Below, piece by piece: positions 37,603 through 50,267 of a stretch of 59,539 nucleotides of DNA. The number at the start of each line of letters is the position of its first letter. The first letter of the stretch is position 1. The notes under the pieces were generated by a model. It was not told the DNA's origin. It made no database searches and saw only the letters and a program-made list of their open reading frames with translations. Source of the stretch: Octopus bimaculoides (Eukaryota); NCBI RefSeq assembly GCF_001194135.2, contig NC_068990.1, positions 60,064,051-60,123,589 on the forward strand, given 5' to 3'. Made by a program: the position numbers and the translations under genes.

Positions 37603-38025
37603 GCTTAACTGTATGGTAAGAAGTTTGCTTCCAAATCACATGGTTTTGGGTTTAGTTCCATTGCATGGCACCTTGGGTAAATGTCTTCTATAGCCTCAGG
37701 CCAACCAAGGCCTTGTGGATGGACTTGGTAGAGAGAAACTAAAAGAAGCCCATCACATGTGTGTGTATGAGTGTATGTGTGTCCATATGTGAGTGTGTGT
37801 GTGTCTTTGTCTTTCTGTTTGTTTCCCACCACTGTTTGATAACTAGTATTAGTTTGTTTACATCCCCAAAACACAGGACTTCAACAAAAGACATTGATAG
37901 AATAAGTACAAAATTTCAAAAAACGCAAGTACTGGGGTCTATTTGTATGACTAAAACCTTTCAGGGTGTTGCTCCAGCATGGCTGCAGTCCAGTGATTAA
38001 AACAGATAAAAGATAGAAGATAAAC
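37603..38025 (+). mobile_element. SINE family A
   Basis: Head, microsatellite and tail. Confidence 0.8.
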
Positions 38026-38325
38026 AATTAAATGTCTGGTATTTGTTGTAATGTTCTTTTTTCATTTCAATGAATATAACATTTTAAGTCATTGCCAATA
38101 GTTTTTGGTTCCCAAGACAAACCCCCCTCTTGCTGGGGTACTGCCTTGAAGAATTTTAGTCAAACAAATCGACCCCAGAACATTTTTTTTTTATAAGCCT
38201 GGTACTTATTCTATTTCTCTCCTTTACTGAACCACTAGGTTATGGATACATAAACACACAAATACTGGGTGCAAAGATAGATACAAACACACACACACAC
38301 ACAATGTGTGTGTATATATGTATAT

Positions 38326-38356
<31 letters not shown>

Positions 38357-38431
38357 TATATATAATGGGCTAACCATTAAGCCATGCACCTCCGTGTGTG
38401 TGTGTGTATGTGTACGTGTGTGCATGTGTGT

Positions 38432-38463
<32 letters not shown>

Positions 38464-39071
38464 TGGGTGTGCATGCATTTGTCTTTGTCTTTCTGTTCGT
38501 CCCCCACCACGACTTGACAACAGGTGTCAGTTTGTTTATGTATCATGCTTAAAAATATGTACAGGGGTTGATATTTGTTCGAGTAGGCCCTTTCAAGGTG
38601 TTGCCTCAGCTTGGTCGCAATCCGAAGACTGCAACAGGTAAAAGCTGAAAGATTAAAGAACCATTCAGCAATGCCTATAGTATCAGTAGTACACTGCTGT
38701 CACTTCAATGGACTACACCACTTCTCTATCCAAAGATTGGCCTTGTGCCTATGACAGGAATTAATGGTTAAGAATTCTCATCAGATACGTCAACTATTTG
38801 AAACCCATTAAAGCTGATAAAAGCAACACTGCTGAATAAATTACTGCTGCATAAATATAAAAGAGTAATTAGTACATTGAACATTTAATTGTTATATTAT
38901 TTATATATTGTTTTGTGTGAGTGTGTGTTTCTCTCTCTCTCTCTCTCCCTCTCTCTGTTAATATCTGTGTTTAGATGTCTACGTGTTTGTTTGCATATTT
39001 ACCAGTTGTGTTATTATATAATTATATGCATGTGTGTTTATGTTATTATGTCGACATACATCTGCCTGTTG

Positions 39072-39107
<36 letters not shown>

Positions 39108-39631
39108 TTATTAGTCTTTGAGTAAGTAGCCATATGCATATCATTATGTAAATGTATGTGTGCGTACATAGGTAGTTATATGTAAGTTATGCAGATGTAT
39201 GTGTGTGTGTGTGTAGGTAGGCTACACACTGCTGAAGTGTATTCATAAAATTATTTGTAGGCATAATCACATGCATACCTGATTATGTGCTTGTATGTAT
39301 TACTCTGTATGTGTGTATAGATGTGCGTATGTGTCTGTATTTCAGCATATTTATATACATGTAATTATGTCAATGTGTATATGTCTATGTGTATGAGTAT
39401 ATGTAATTATGCATATGTGTCAGTGTGTATGTATGTATGTCTCATCATAACTGTGTGAATGTGTGATTAAGCATATATATATATATATATGTATGTATGT
39501 ATGTATATACACACACATATATATTTCAAAAGTTAGACAGAGAAGGGAGAAATAAACGAAAACTGGGCATATATGTATGCATATGTGTGTGTATGTGTGT
39601 GTATGTGAGTGCAAGTGTTTGTGTACGTATG

Positions 39632-39679
<48 letters not shown>

Positions 39680-39828
39680 TACATACATACACACACACAT
39701 ACACATGCATATATATATAGTAAATAAATATATATGTATATGCATATAGACATATATTTATATGCATATACATACATACAAACAAACATACCTACATATA
39801 TATGTACATACATACATACATACATACT

Positions 39829-39864
<36 letters not shown>

Positions 39865-40521
39865 NNNNNNNNNNNNNNNNNNNNNNNNNNNNNNNNNNNN
39901 NNNNNNNNNNNNNNNNNNNNNNNNNNNNNNNNNNNNNNNNNNNNNNNNNNNNNNNNNNNNNNNNNNNNNNNNNNNNNNNNNNNNNNNNNNNNNNNNNNNN
40001 NNNNNNNNNNNNNNNNNNNNNNNNNNNNNNNNNNNNNNNNNNNNNNNNNNNNNNNNNNNNNNNNNNNNNNNNNNNNNNNNNNNNNNNNNNNNNNNNNNNN
40101 NNNNNNNNNNNNNNNNNNNNNNNNNNNNNNNNNNNNNNNNNNNNNNNNNNNNNNNNNNNNNNNNNNNNNNNNNNNNNNNNNNNNNNNNNNNNNNNNNNNN
40201 NNNNNNNNNNNNNNNNNNNNNNNNNNNNNNNNNNNNNNNNNNNNNNNNNNNNNNNNNNNNNNNNNNNNNNNNNNNNNNNNNNNNNNNNNNNNNNNNNNNN
40301 NNNNNNNNNNNNNNNNNNNNNNNNNNNNNNNNNNNNNNNNNNNNNNNNNNNNNNNNNNNNNNNNNNNNNNNNNNNNNNNNNNNNNNNNNNNNNNNNNNNN
40401 NNNNNNNNNNNNNNNNNNNNNNNNNNNNNNNNNNNNNNNNNNNNNNNNNNNNNNNNNNNNNNNNNNNNNNNNNNNNNNNNNNNNNNNNNNNNNNNNNNNN
40501 NNNNNNNNNNNNNNNNNNNNN
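39865..40521. other. Assembly gap within (TA)n
   Basis: Run of N. Confidence 1.
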
Positions 40522-40644
40522 ATATATATATATATATATATAATACATGCATACATACATACATATATGTGTGTGTGTGTTTGTATATATATGTATATAT
40601 GTTTGTATATGTATATATATATGTGTGTGTATGTGTGTGTGTGT

Positions 40645-41045
40645 ATGGCTGTGTGGTCAGAAGCTTGTTTCCCAACTACATGGTTTTCAGTTTCAGTCTT
40701 AATGCATGGTATCTTGGGCAACTATTTTCTGCTACAGCCTCAGGCCAGCCAAAACCTTGTGAGTGAATTTGATAGATGGAAACTGAAAGAAGCCTGTCAT
40801 ATATGTGTATGTGTGTGTGTGTGTGTGTGATTCTCTTTGTGTTTGTCCCACCAACTCACCCACCACTTGACAACCGGTGTAGGTGTATTTATGTTCCCTG
40901 TAACTTAGCAGTTTGGCAGAGACCAAAAGAATAAGTATTAGGCTTTAAAAAAATCCTGGGGTAGATTTGTTTGACTAAATCCCTTCAAGGTGGTGCCCCA
41001 GCATGGCCACAATTATTTTGACTGAAACACATAAAAGATAAAAGT
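40645..41045 (+). mobile_element. SINE family A
   Basis: tggctgtgtggtcagaagcttgtttccc head through aaagata tail. Confidence 0.85.
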
Positions 41046-41049
41046 GATT

Positions 41050-41300
41050 GAAGGTGTGTGGCTTAGTGGTTAGGGTATGTCTCATGATCATAAGGTCAGG
41101 ATTTCAATTCCTGGCAGCACATTGTGTGTTCTTGAGCAAGACACTTTATTTCATATTGCTTTAGTCCACCTAAGTGGCCAGAATAAAATGTACTTATACT
41201 TCAAAGGGACCAGCTTCATAACATACCGTGTCATGCTGAATCTCCCTGAGAACTACATTGAGGAGTTAAGGGCACGTATGACTATGGAGTACTCAGCCAC
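41050..41300 (+). mobile_element. SINE family D
   Basis: A box tggcttagtgg; CORE-like tgtgttcttgagcaagacact. Confidence 0.75.
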
Positions 41301-41385
41301 CTGTATATTAATTATATGAGAAGGCTGCTTTGCAGATTGAATTGACTGTAGCATTCCCCATTGCAACTGGTGGAGTGCCAGTTAC

Positions 41386-41424
<39 letters not shown>

Positions 41425-41899
41425 TACATACATACATATATATATATGTATATGTGTGCATATATATACATATATATATGTATGTATGTATATGTGTGTA
41501 TATATATATGTATATATATGTATATGTGTGCATATATATACATATATACACACACGCATATGTATGTACGCACACACACACACACACACATAGACGATTG
41601 TGCAGATGTATTTATGTAGATATATGTATGTGCTTATGTCTGCTGAAAGTTATGTATATAAGTGACTATGCACAAAAGATTCTCAATACATGTCTGTCTG
41701 TGAGTGTGTTAGTATGTTTCTGGTTTGAGAAATTATGCAAATTATTCGTGTCTATTAGATAACGGTTATCTGCACATATATAAATATGCATAGGTATGTG
41801 TGATTGCATGGGTGTGTAACATGTGTGTAAAATATACAGTATAATTAGATCAGTAATAAAATAGAAATAATAGACAAATAATCAGTGCAATGATAAGAA

Positions 41900-41938
<39 letters not shown>

Positions 41939-43120
41939 AAAAGGTATAGTTATGTTGATGGGCAACCATAAAAGATTTATATATGTTAAAATGTACTATT
42001 AGTCTGTGCATATGTGTATGTGTCAGTATGTATGTGTGTGTGCATTTCGTCTATTTTATTTGTCTGTCTGTTTGTCTATCTATCTATCTATCTAGATAGA
42101 TAGATAGATTAGATAGATAGACTGGCATAGTAATCTGTAGCTTAATGCAATAAACTGCTCCCTGATGATTCATTGAGGATAAGCATCTATGTGCACTTGG
42201 AACACATATTGCAGGGCTCCAAACAAACATAATGTGCACGTGCCTAGGTACTTATAATATAAACTTGTGCTTATCCTCCTCTCTCACTCCCTCACTCTCA
42301 CACACACACAGATATATATATGGTACCTTATAATACACACTTGTAATATATATATGATATTATGGCCACTCAATCTTGTCTGAAATGGCATGTATGCATG
42401 TACACACTACATACATTCTCTGTTTCTATTCTCTCTTTATCCACCTTCTTGTGTACCTTAAGGGTAGACCTGACACTCTTCTGCCACCATATACATAGTT
42501 TTCCTTTTGTTTTAATTCCATACATATCTAGATAAAGATGTGTTATCCCTCTTTCCTTCAATCCTGTAGGTGAGTTTATGATTGAAAATAGAAGTTTTTT
42601 AGGTTGTGTTCACCATAAGATTTTTTTGTGGAGGTGGTGTTTCCAAACTCTTTACTCATGATTTTATCTTTGATCTGTAGATAATTACCTCTATTAAGAA
42701 TTTTCAATTCAGGTGACAAGTATAATTTCACCTTTATTTATATTTGATTTCCTGGATGTAAATCTAACTGGTTTTCTTAAGTTTATTCAATATTATGATG
42801 CAGCAAGCTTTTGTGTAACTGTATCTGACACTGACAATGTATTGTACATTTGACTGTCTGGGAAATGTTTTTTAATTAATCTTAAAAATTTTCACACAAC
42901 ATTTGATTTCAATTTTTGCTGAAGGGCTGGATAAACCAGATTATATTTCATTACTGCTTACTCTTAAGTAGGAAGCAAACTTTTCCTTTAAGTCTATTTT
43001 TATCAATACCTTATTGTAGCAGAGGGTAACTATGTTGAAGATTTATGCAAGAACATATGATATATACTTCTACTTAAGTCACTGTTGAGTATACAGGTTA
43101 ATATATGAGGCAGGTAAATC

Positions 43121-43439
43121 CAGTAGAACCTTGGTTTACAAATTGAATTCATTCCTAAAGGCCATTCATCACCTGAACCTTTCATATACCAAAACTGTTT
43201 TTCCTATAAAGAATTCAAGAGAAGGCACAGCAAATTCAAGCAGAGATGCAGACTGAGCAAAAGCTAGACAGCAGCTGATACTCTGCAACTGACATTCCCA
43301 GCTTGCTGCCAACTGTTGTTGCCATTTTGTGTGTTTATTACTCAAGATACCCTTTGTCCCTTGAAATGTTTTATGCTTGAAAAATTTTTCATAAACCAAT
43401 TCATTCATGATGAGAGATGTTTGTAAACAGGTTCCATTG
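43121..43439. mobile_element. pogo/Tigger-like MITE
   Basis: cagtagaaccttggtttacaaa...tttgtaaacaggttccattg|TA. Confidence 0.7.
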
Positions 43440-44589
43440 TAGATCTTATTTATGTAGATAAGCTTCCTATTCTTTTATCTATATGGTTGATAATTACCAC
43501 TTTTTTTGGTGTTGTCTTATGTCTAGGAAGCTTATCTGAGCTTATATTGCTAATGACTCTAATATTAAGGTGTCAATGAATTTACAAATTAATCTTCCCT
43601 CTCTATATATGAATGCCTGCTTGTGGCTATCATCTCTGTTAAATTCTTTGATTAGATTTTAATTTTTGTTTTCAGTGTGTCTATTATGCAGAGTTCCCTT
43701 GCTCATACCAAAGAAAAACAGCTTGAGTTGCACCAAGCAGCATATTATAAGGTTCTTATGAAAAATCAACTTTAAAAACAAATCTGTAGGTGTTTCTCTT
43801 TTGTTAGGAACCCACAAAGTGTGACAGCATTTTTGTTGCTTTTGGTATTATTGGGTTTAATCCTTTTACTTTGACAATATAAATGTCAAAGGTACACAAT
43901 CCAATTTTTAAGCTCTTAGCAATTGGGTGTGTCAACATTTTTTCCACAAAAGAATATAGGTAATGGTAAGTTTTGGCTATTGTTCTATAAGCAATTTGAT
44001 AAGTATATCGTGATTTTAACCTGTGTACTTTATGGAGGTAGAGTTTGTTTATGATTGGAAAAAGAACTATACACCAGTTTTCAGTTTTGGATGTAGCATG
44101 CCTTCCAAAAAAATGTGGAAAGCATTTTGGGTTATAATTTTCATGATGCTTTAAATTTTAATTTGAGAATTGCTTACTTGTTTAAGTTTTATTAAGGAAA
44201 AAGCAAAACTAAAAAACAAAAATCAGTGATTGAACAACATTCGAGGTTTTAGTTTTCTTTTGAGATCCTGGTTGTTAATGTTGTTTTAGTTGTAGGAATT
44301 TAAAGGCCTGTGATAAGGAATCAAACTCAAACAAAACAGCATTCCTATAATTATCACTTACTATAAATAAATAGTGCTAAAAGCTACTTCTAAATGCCTT
44401 TTATCTGGAAGAAAAGATCTGAAAGTTCTGGAAAAATGTCCAAGGAACTAGAAATTTTATCATTCTGAATAAAACAAAGAGGACTTATATAAAAATATGA
44501 CAGTTTATTCATTAAAAATGAAATACAACTTGAAAGTGTAACATGGACATGTTTTCAAATACACACACACACACACACACACAACTTTT

Positions 44590-44992
44590 ATCTTTTATCT
44601 TTTACATGTTTCTATCATTAGACTGTGGCCATGCTGGGGTACTGCCTTGAAGAATTTTAGTCAAATAAATTGACTCAAGGACTTTTTTTTGTAAATCCTG
44701 GTGCTTATTCTACTGCTCTCTTTTACCAAACCACTAAGTTATGGGGACATAAACACACAAATGCTGATTGTCAAGTGCTGGTGGGTGGGAAAACACACAC
44801 ACACACACACGTATATACACACATGTATATATAATGGAATTCTTTCAGTTTCCGTCTACCAAATCCACTCACAAGGCCTTGGTCAGCCCATGACTATAGC
44901 AGAATACACTTTTCCAAGGTGCCAGGCAGTGGGACTGAACCTGGAGCCATGTGGTTGAGAAGCAAACTTCTTAGCACACAACCATGCCTGCA
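44590..44992 (-). mobile_element. SINE family A
   Basis: Family homology. Confidence 0.85.
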
Positions 44993-45584
44993 CTTATGTG
45001 CATGCATTTGTATTATCCTCAAAATACTTTGTATGAATGTTGACATAACAATATTTTAGCATAAGTATTTATCTATCAACTCAAACTAAATGTTTGTATT
45101 AAATGTCTCTCAATTAATGATAAGTTCATTGTGAAATCCATTATCAGTTACTTGATGATATTTTCCTTACAAAATGATAAAAGAATATTTCTCAGATAAA
45201 TATGAATAGCTATATCGATCTCAACTCTACATGATAAATAGCTCCACTTATCACATACCTTCTACAGAAACCTTTCATTGCTTTTTCATTGGAATGTGTT
45301 TAAATGACAAACCACTCAAATATAAAGATAAGATTAAAATCGACTTTAAATCAGCTTATAGCAAGATAATCTGAAAATATTTATCCCTTCTAAGTTGATA
45401 TCAAAGTTTCCCTTAACTATAAGGATAATGGAATTTTTCTTCACAATCAAATTGAAATATCTTTACATATATTAGTTGCCACCAGCAAACTGTTGTATAT
45501 AAGCAAGAACAGTAATCGCACTTAAACACATGTCTCCATATAAATGATACAAATATATATTTTTAATAACTATACATGATATTC

Positions 45585-45995
45585 TTTTATTTCTTTATTT
45601 GTTTCAGTCATTAGACTGTGGCCATGCTGGGGCACTACTTGAAAGAATTTTTAGTCATAAAAATCAAGTCCAATACTTATCTTTTTCAGCCTGGTACTTA
45701 TTCTGTTGGCAATTTTTACCTAACTGCTAAGTTAAGGGGTCAAAAACATGCCAATATCAGTTGTCAAGTGGTAGTGAGGGGACAAACACAGACAGACAAA
45801 CAGACACACACACACACACAGACACACACACACAACAGGCTTCTTTCAGTTTCTGTCTGCCAAATCCACTCACAAAGCTTTGGTTGACCCGAGGGTTTAG
45901 TAGAAAACACTTGTCCAAAGTACCATACAATGATACTGAACCCAGAACAATGTGGTTGGGAAGCAAACTTCCTACCACACAACCAAGGCTGTGCC
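45585..45995 (-). mobile_element. SINE family A
   Basis: Family homology. Confidence 0.85.
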
Positions 45996-46564
45996 TATAA
46001 TATACATATGTATCTATATAATAATTTGGTTTAGACAGTGTGATCCCTTTCTCTCATATTCCCAAGTTTACTGAATGAGAATTGTGCATAGGAACAAGAG
46101 AGTAAGCTTCAAGTGGACTCAACAGAAGAACTAACAATTAAGTTTGACAGCCATATGGTCAAAAATTTGATTTAGCTTATGAAAGCATGATAAACTTGAG
46201 AAACAAAAATTAAGTTCTTCTAAAAGTGTGTAAAGGAACTTCAGGCACTTGTAAAAGTTTCTTGGAATATGTGTTAAGATTATTATCTGTATAATTGATA
46301 AAAGAAATGACCAACATCTTGCTCTCCTTCACCAGCAAAGCCTTTAGAAGGAGTGGCTAACTTCAATATTCTTTGAAAGTTCATTGATTTTGGCAAGGAG
46401 TTGGGTTTTGCTTGGAGGAGCATATACCAAACAGACAACAGCGACCTATTGGTAGTTTTTACTTTGCTTATGAGATGAATGTAAATATGAGCATGGCCAT
46501 TTAAACATCCTCAGTTATATCTCAAGGAAATCATTTGCCCACAAATACATTATTAGCAAAAAGA

Positions 46565-46885
46565 GTGAAGGTGTGTAACTTAGTGGTTAAGGTATTTGGC
46601 TCAAGGTCGTAAGGTCATGAGTTCGATTCCTGACAGCACATTGTGTCCATGAGCGAGACACTTCATTTCACATTGCTCCAGTTCACTCAGCTGACAAAAA
46701 TGAGTTGTACCTGTAATTCAAAGGGTTAGCTTTATCACATTCTGTGTCATTCTGAATCTCCCTCAGAACTATATTAAGGGTATGTGTATCTGTGGAGTAC
46801 TCAGTCACTTGCATGTTAATTTCATGAGCAGGCTGATCTGTTGATCAAATCAACTGGAATCCTCATCATCATCACCGATGGAGAA
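46565..46885 (+). mobile_element. SINE family D
   Basis: B box gagttcgattcc; CORE-like segment; tail homologous to 30290. Confidence 0.8.
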
Positions 46886-47700
46886 GGAGTAACAAAAAGA
46901 TATGAATAATTGCCATCTTGTATAACGTGTTCAACTAGAAAATTATTTTCAGGTGTTACATGCAAATAAAAGATTATCATAATGCAAATGTCAATACATA
47001 TAAAGTGCACAAAATTTGAAATTTTAATGCAGCAATATGCTTAACATTCACATGCATGCAAACGATATGTACTAGTAGAAATAAATTAAAATATGAAAGT
47101 TATGTCTATCTAAAAGATCCTAAGAGATTCTCAAGATATGCATTAAACATGTCGCCTGTATAATTTATGAAGCAGAGTGAAGGTATGAGGCTAAGTGGTT
47201 AGGGTATGTGTGAATATACAATTCATTGCTATTATGTTAAACTGTTGTATGTCCAAATTTGGCCAAATGCATTTTATTCAATATCTATTTTTGCTTGCAA
47301 TAGCCTGTTCTTTTGGTCAAACTATCATATCTCCAGCTGTTTCAAGTGCCAAGATATCAAAAATTGTCAAAGTGTAGTACAACAGTTTTGCTATGGAATG
47401 GTGAAACTATATTTTCATTTTCTGAAAAAGCAACGTTTTGGACTTATGACATTTTTGTCTAATAGCAATGAATTGTATTGTATAATGCAAAACGTTCATA
47501 TTAATGCCAACATGTAAGCATAGTTTCTTCCCCATTGAAATTAATGCTACATGAAGAAGGTTGCAATATGGTCATAATCCTAAGGATGTCACGTGGTTAA
47601 ATGAATGTATACTCACATCCCATATCTCCTGATATGAAATAATTTCATTGATTGGATCTTCTGGATTTCAACTGCATGGACACTCTGCATTAGTCTTTCT

Positions 47701-48274
47701 GGATCTTTTTTAAAACGGGGGCCACATTTTTCATTAACGAAACACTTTGAAACTTGGAACACTGGTAGAATGTGTCATATAAAACATCTTTTTCTCTTAG
47801 TCTTCTTAAAAAAAAAAGAAATCCATAAGTTATTCCATGTTAAAGTTGTCGTATTTCTGTAATTTCAACCAATCACTGACGTCCATTCAGCCGATATACA
47901 TTAAGTGCCGACTACATAAACAAACGATTCTGAAACAATTAACCCTAACCCTAACCCTAGGGTTAGAGTTAGGGTTAGGGTTAAAGCAAATTTAAAATGA
48001 AAAAAGCAAATAAAATGAAGGTATGGAGATTAAATACGCTTTACATCACTTAATCAGCCAAAGGAGTAAATGTAAACAACTGAATACTTGTCAGTGATTG
48101 GTTGAAATTATCGAAATAAGACAATTTTTTACATGAAATAAATTCGAATACAAAAATATTTTTCTGTTCTATAACACAAAATAGATAAGTATACGAAGTT
48201 TGAAAGTCTTTCCGTACCAAAAACACTACGTAAAACATTAATGAAAAATGTGGCCCCCGTTTTAAAATAGATCC
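47701..48274. mobile_element. MITE with GG...CC termini, 37-bp TIR and 8-bp TSD (Merlin-like?)
   Basis: TSD GTCTTTCT (47693-47700, 48275-48282); TIR match 36/37; inner perfect 20-bp inverted repeat at 47861-47880 / 48090-48109. Confidence 0.9.
47939..47984. repeat. Telomere-type palindrome (AACCCT)3-(AGGGTT)~4
   Basis: aaccctaaccctaaccct|agggttagagttagggttagggtt. Confidence 0.95.
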
Positions 48275-48329
48275 GTCTTTCTTGTATTTGATTACTATGT
48301 GGACTGTAAGGTTGCTAAATTAAGAGAAT

Positions 48330-49410
48330 AAATGGGAGAAAAAGAGTCTGCCAAATGTTGACCCAACAGAGGGACCAGCTATCTGAATTGACAGTACCTT
48401 AATAGATAAAGCAATTAAAGGTATGAAGACAAGGAAAGCCCCTGACCCATCAGGAATCACTGCAGAGATGCTTAAAATATCTGGTGGTGTTGGCTATAGT
48501 CTACTCATTTGTATTGTCAATCAGGTGATGCATGAAGGAGTCATACCCAATAGTGGTCAATAATGAGTGGTTGGTGAGAGCTGTACAAGCCCCCCCCCTT
48601 ATTTATCATAGTCCTTCAGGCAATAACAGAGGACTTCAAGACAGGATGACCCTGGGAGCTCCTCCATGCTGATAACCTTGCTCTAGTAGCTGAGTCACTA
48701 TCAGAACTAGAGGTGGAGTTTCAGGTGTGGAAGCAAGGATTAGAATCGAAGGACCTTAGAATGAATCTAGCAAAAACCAAGGTCTTAGTAAGTAGGAAGG
48801 CAGAAAAATCACAAGTACCTTCATGTAGATAGTCCTGCTTGATATGTAGAAAAGGTGTAGGTAGAAAGTTCATAAGATGTACCCAGCACATACTATGGAC
48901 ACATAAGAGGTGCAGAAATATAAAGGAAAGGCTAACTGGGAAGATAGTTTTTGTGTGTGGCAAATGCACAGGGGCAATAAACACTAAAAATGTGCAGAAA
49001 ACAGCTTCTGTCACATTCCAGGGGGAAAACGTAGTTGATAGCTTCCATTACCTAGGTGACCAAGTCAGTAGCAGGGGTGGATGCTCTGAGAGCGTAGCTG
49101 CTAGAATAAGAATAGCCTGGGTAAAATTCAGAGAGCCCCTACCTCTGTTGGTAACAAAGGGTCTCTCATTCAGAATGAAAGGTAGACTGTATGATGCATA
49201 TGTGCAAATAGCCATGCTACACAGCAGTGAAACGGGGATTGTGATTGCTGAGAACATGCGTAAGCTTGCAAGAAATGAAGCCAGTATGCTCTGCTGGATG
49301 TGTAATGTCAGTATGCATACACGACAGAGTGTAAGTGCCCTGAGAGAAAAGTTGGACATAAGAAGCATCAGATGTGGTGTGCAAGAGAGATGACTGCGCT
49401 GGTATGGTAA
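48330..49410 (+). mobile_element. RTE-clade LINE reverse transcriptase remnant
   Basis: KAPDPSGITAEMLK, LHADNL (YADD-like), KTK, SFHYLG, RIRIAWVKFRE, KGRLYDAYV, LRWYG; internally deleted, with stops. Confidence 0.85.
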
Positions 49411-49820
49411 CTGTGTCCTATGCCAGTGTAGCATAACCAGCCCATTTACGAGCACCCTTCAATCATTGGACAATAAATTGTGCTTGAGAAGTCCTGTTGA
49501 GTCATGTAAAATCATTGTCATGGCTGATGCCAGTACCACCTCACTGACACCCATGCTGGTGGCACATAAAAAGCGTCATTTGAGCATGGTCATTGCCAGT
49601 GCTGCTTGACTGGTTCCCATGCTGGTGGCATGTAAAAAGCACCATTCAAGCATGCTTGATGCCAGTACCACTTAACTGGCCCTCATGCTGATGGCACGTA
49701 AAAAGCACCCACTACACTCTCAGAGTGGTTCACGTTAGGAAGAGTATTCAGTCCTCAGTCAAACCGTCCAGCCCATGCTAGCATGGAAAGTGGACGTTAA
49801 ACGATGATGATGATGATGAT
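49411..49820 (+). mobile_element. Family C / RTE-type 3' tail with ~60-bp internal subrepeats
   Basis: catgctggtggca..taaaaagc three times; ends ggacgttaaac(gat)n. Confidence 0.75.
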
Positions 49821-49961
49821 TGTTAGCTGAATCCATGAGAGGAGCTTTCTGTGATAACCACATAATTTGCTGAATCCATATCTTATACTACAAATTTATA
49901 TATACATACATACATATGTTTATATCTGTATATATATATATATTTATCTAGGTGCAGGTGT

Positions 49962-50114
49962 GGTGGCATGGTAGGGAGCTTGCTTCCCACCCATATGGTT
50001 CCAGGTTCAGTCCCACTGCATGACACCTTGGGAAAGTGCCTTTTACTATAGCCTTAGACCATCCAAAGCCCTGTGAATGGATTAGTGAGATGGAAACTGA
50101 AAGAAGCTTGTAAC

Positions 50115-50146
<32 letters not shown>
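49962..50146 (+). mobile_element. SINE family A head (tail resumes at 51095)
   Basis: Head and (TA)n up to the gap. Confidence 0.8.
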
Positions 50147-50267
50147 NNNNNNNNNNNNNNNNNNNNNNNNNNNNNNNNNNNNNNNNNNNNNNNNNNNNNN
50201 NNNNNNNNNNNNNNNNNNNNNNNNNNNNNNNNNNNNNNNNNNNNNNNNNNNNNNNNNNNNNNNNNNN
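50147..50267. other. Assembly gap
   Basis: Run of N. Confidence 1.

Noticed and set aside
42075-42109. (TCTA)n/(TAGA)n palindrome
   Set aside because: A short head-to-head microsatellite, common in this kind of genome.
47939-47984. Ancestral telomere-telomere fusion site
   Set aside because: The order is (CCCTAA)n then (TTAGGG)n, opposite to a fusion scar, and it lies inside a TSD-bounded transposon.
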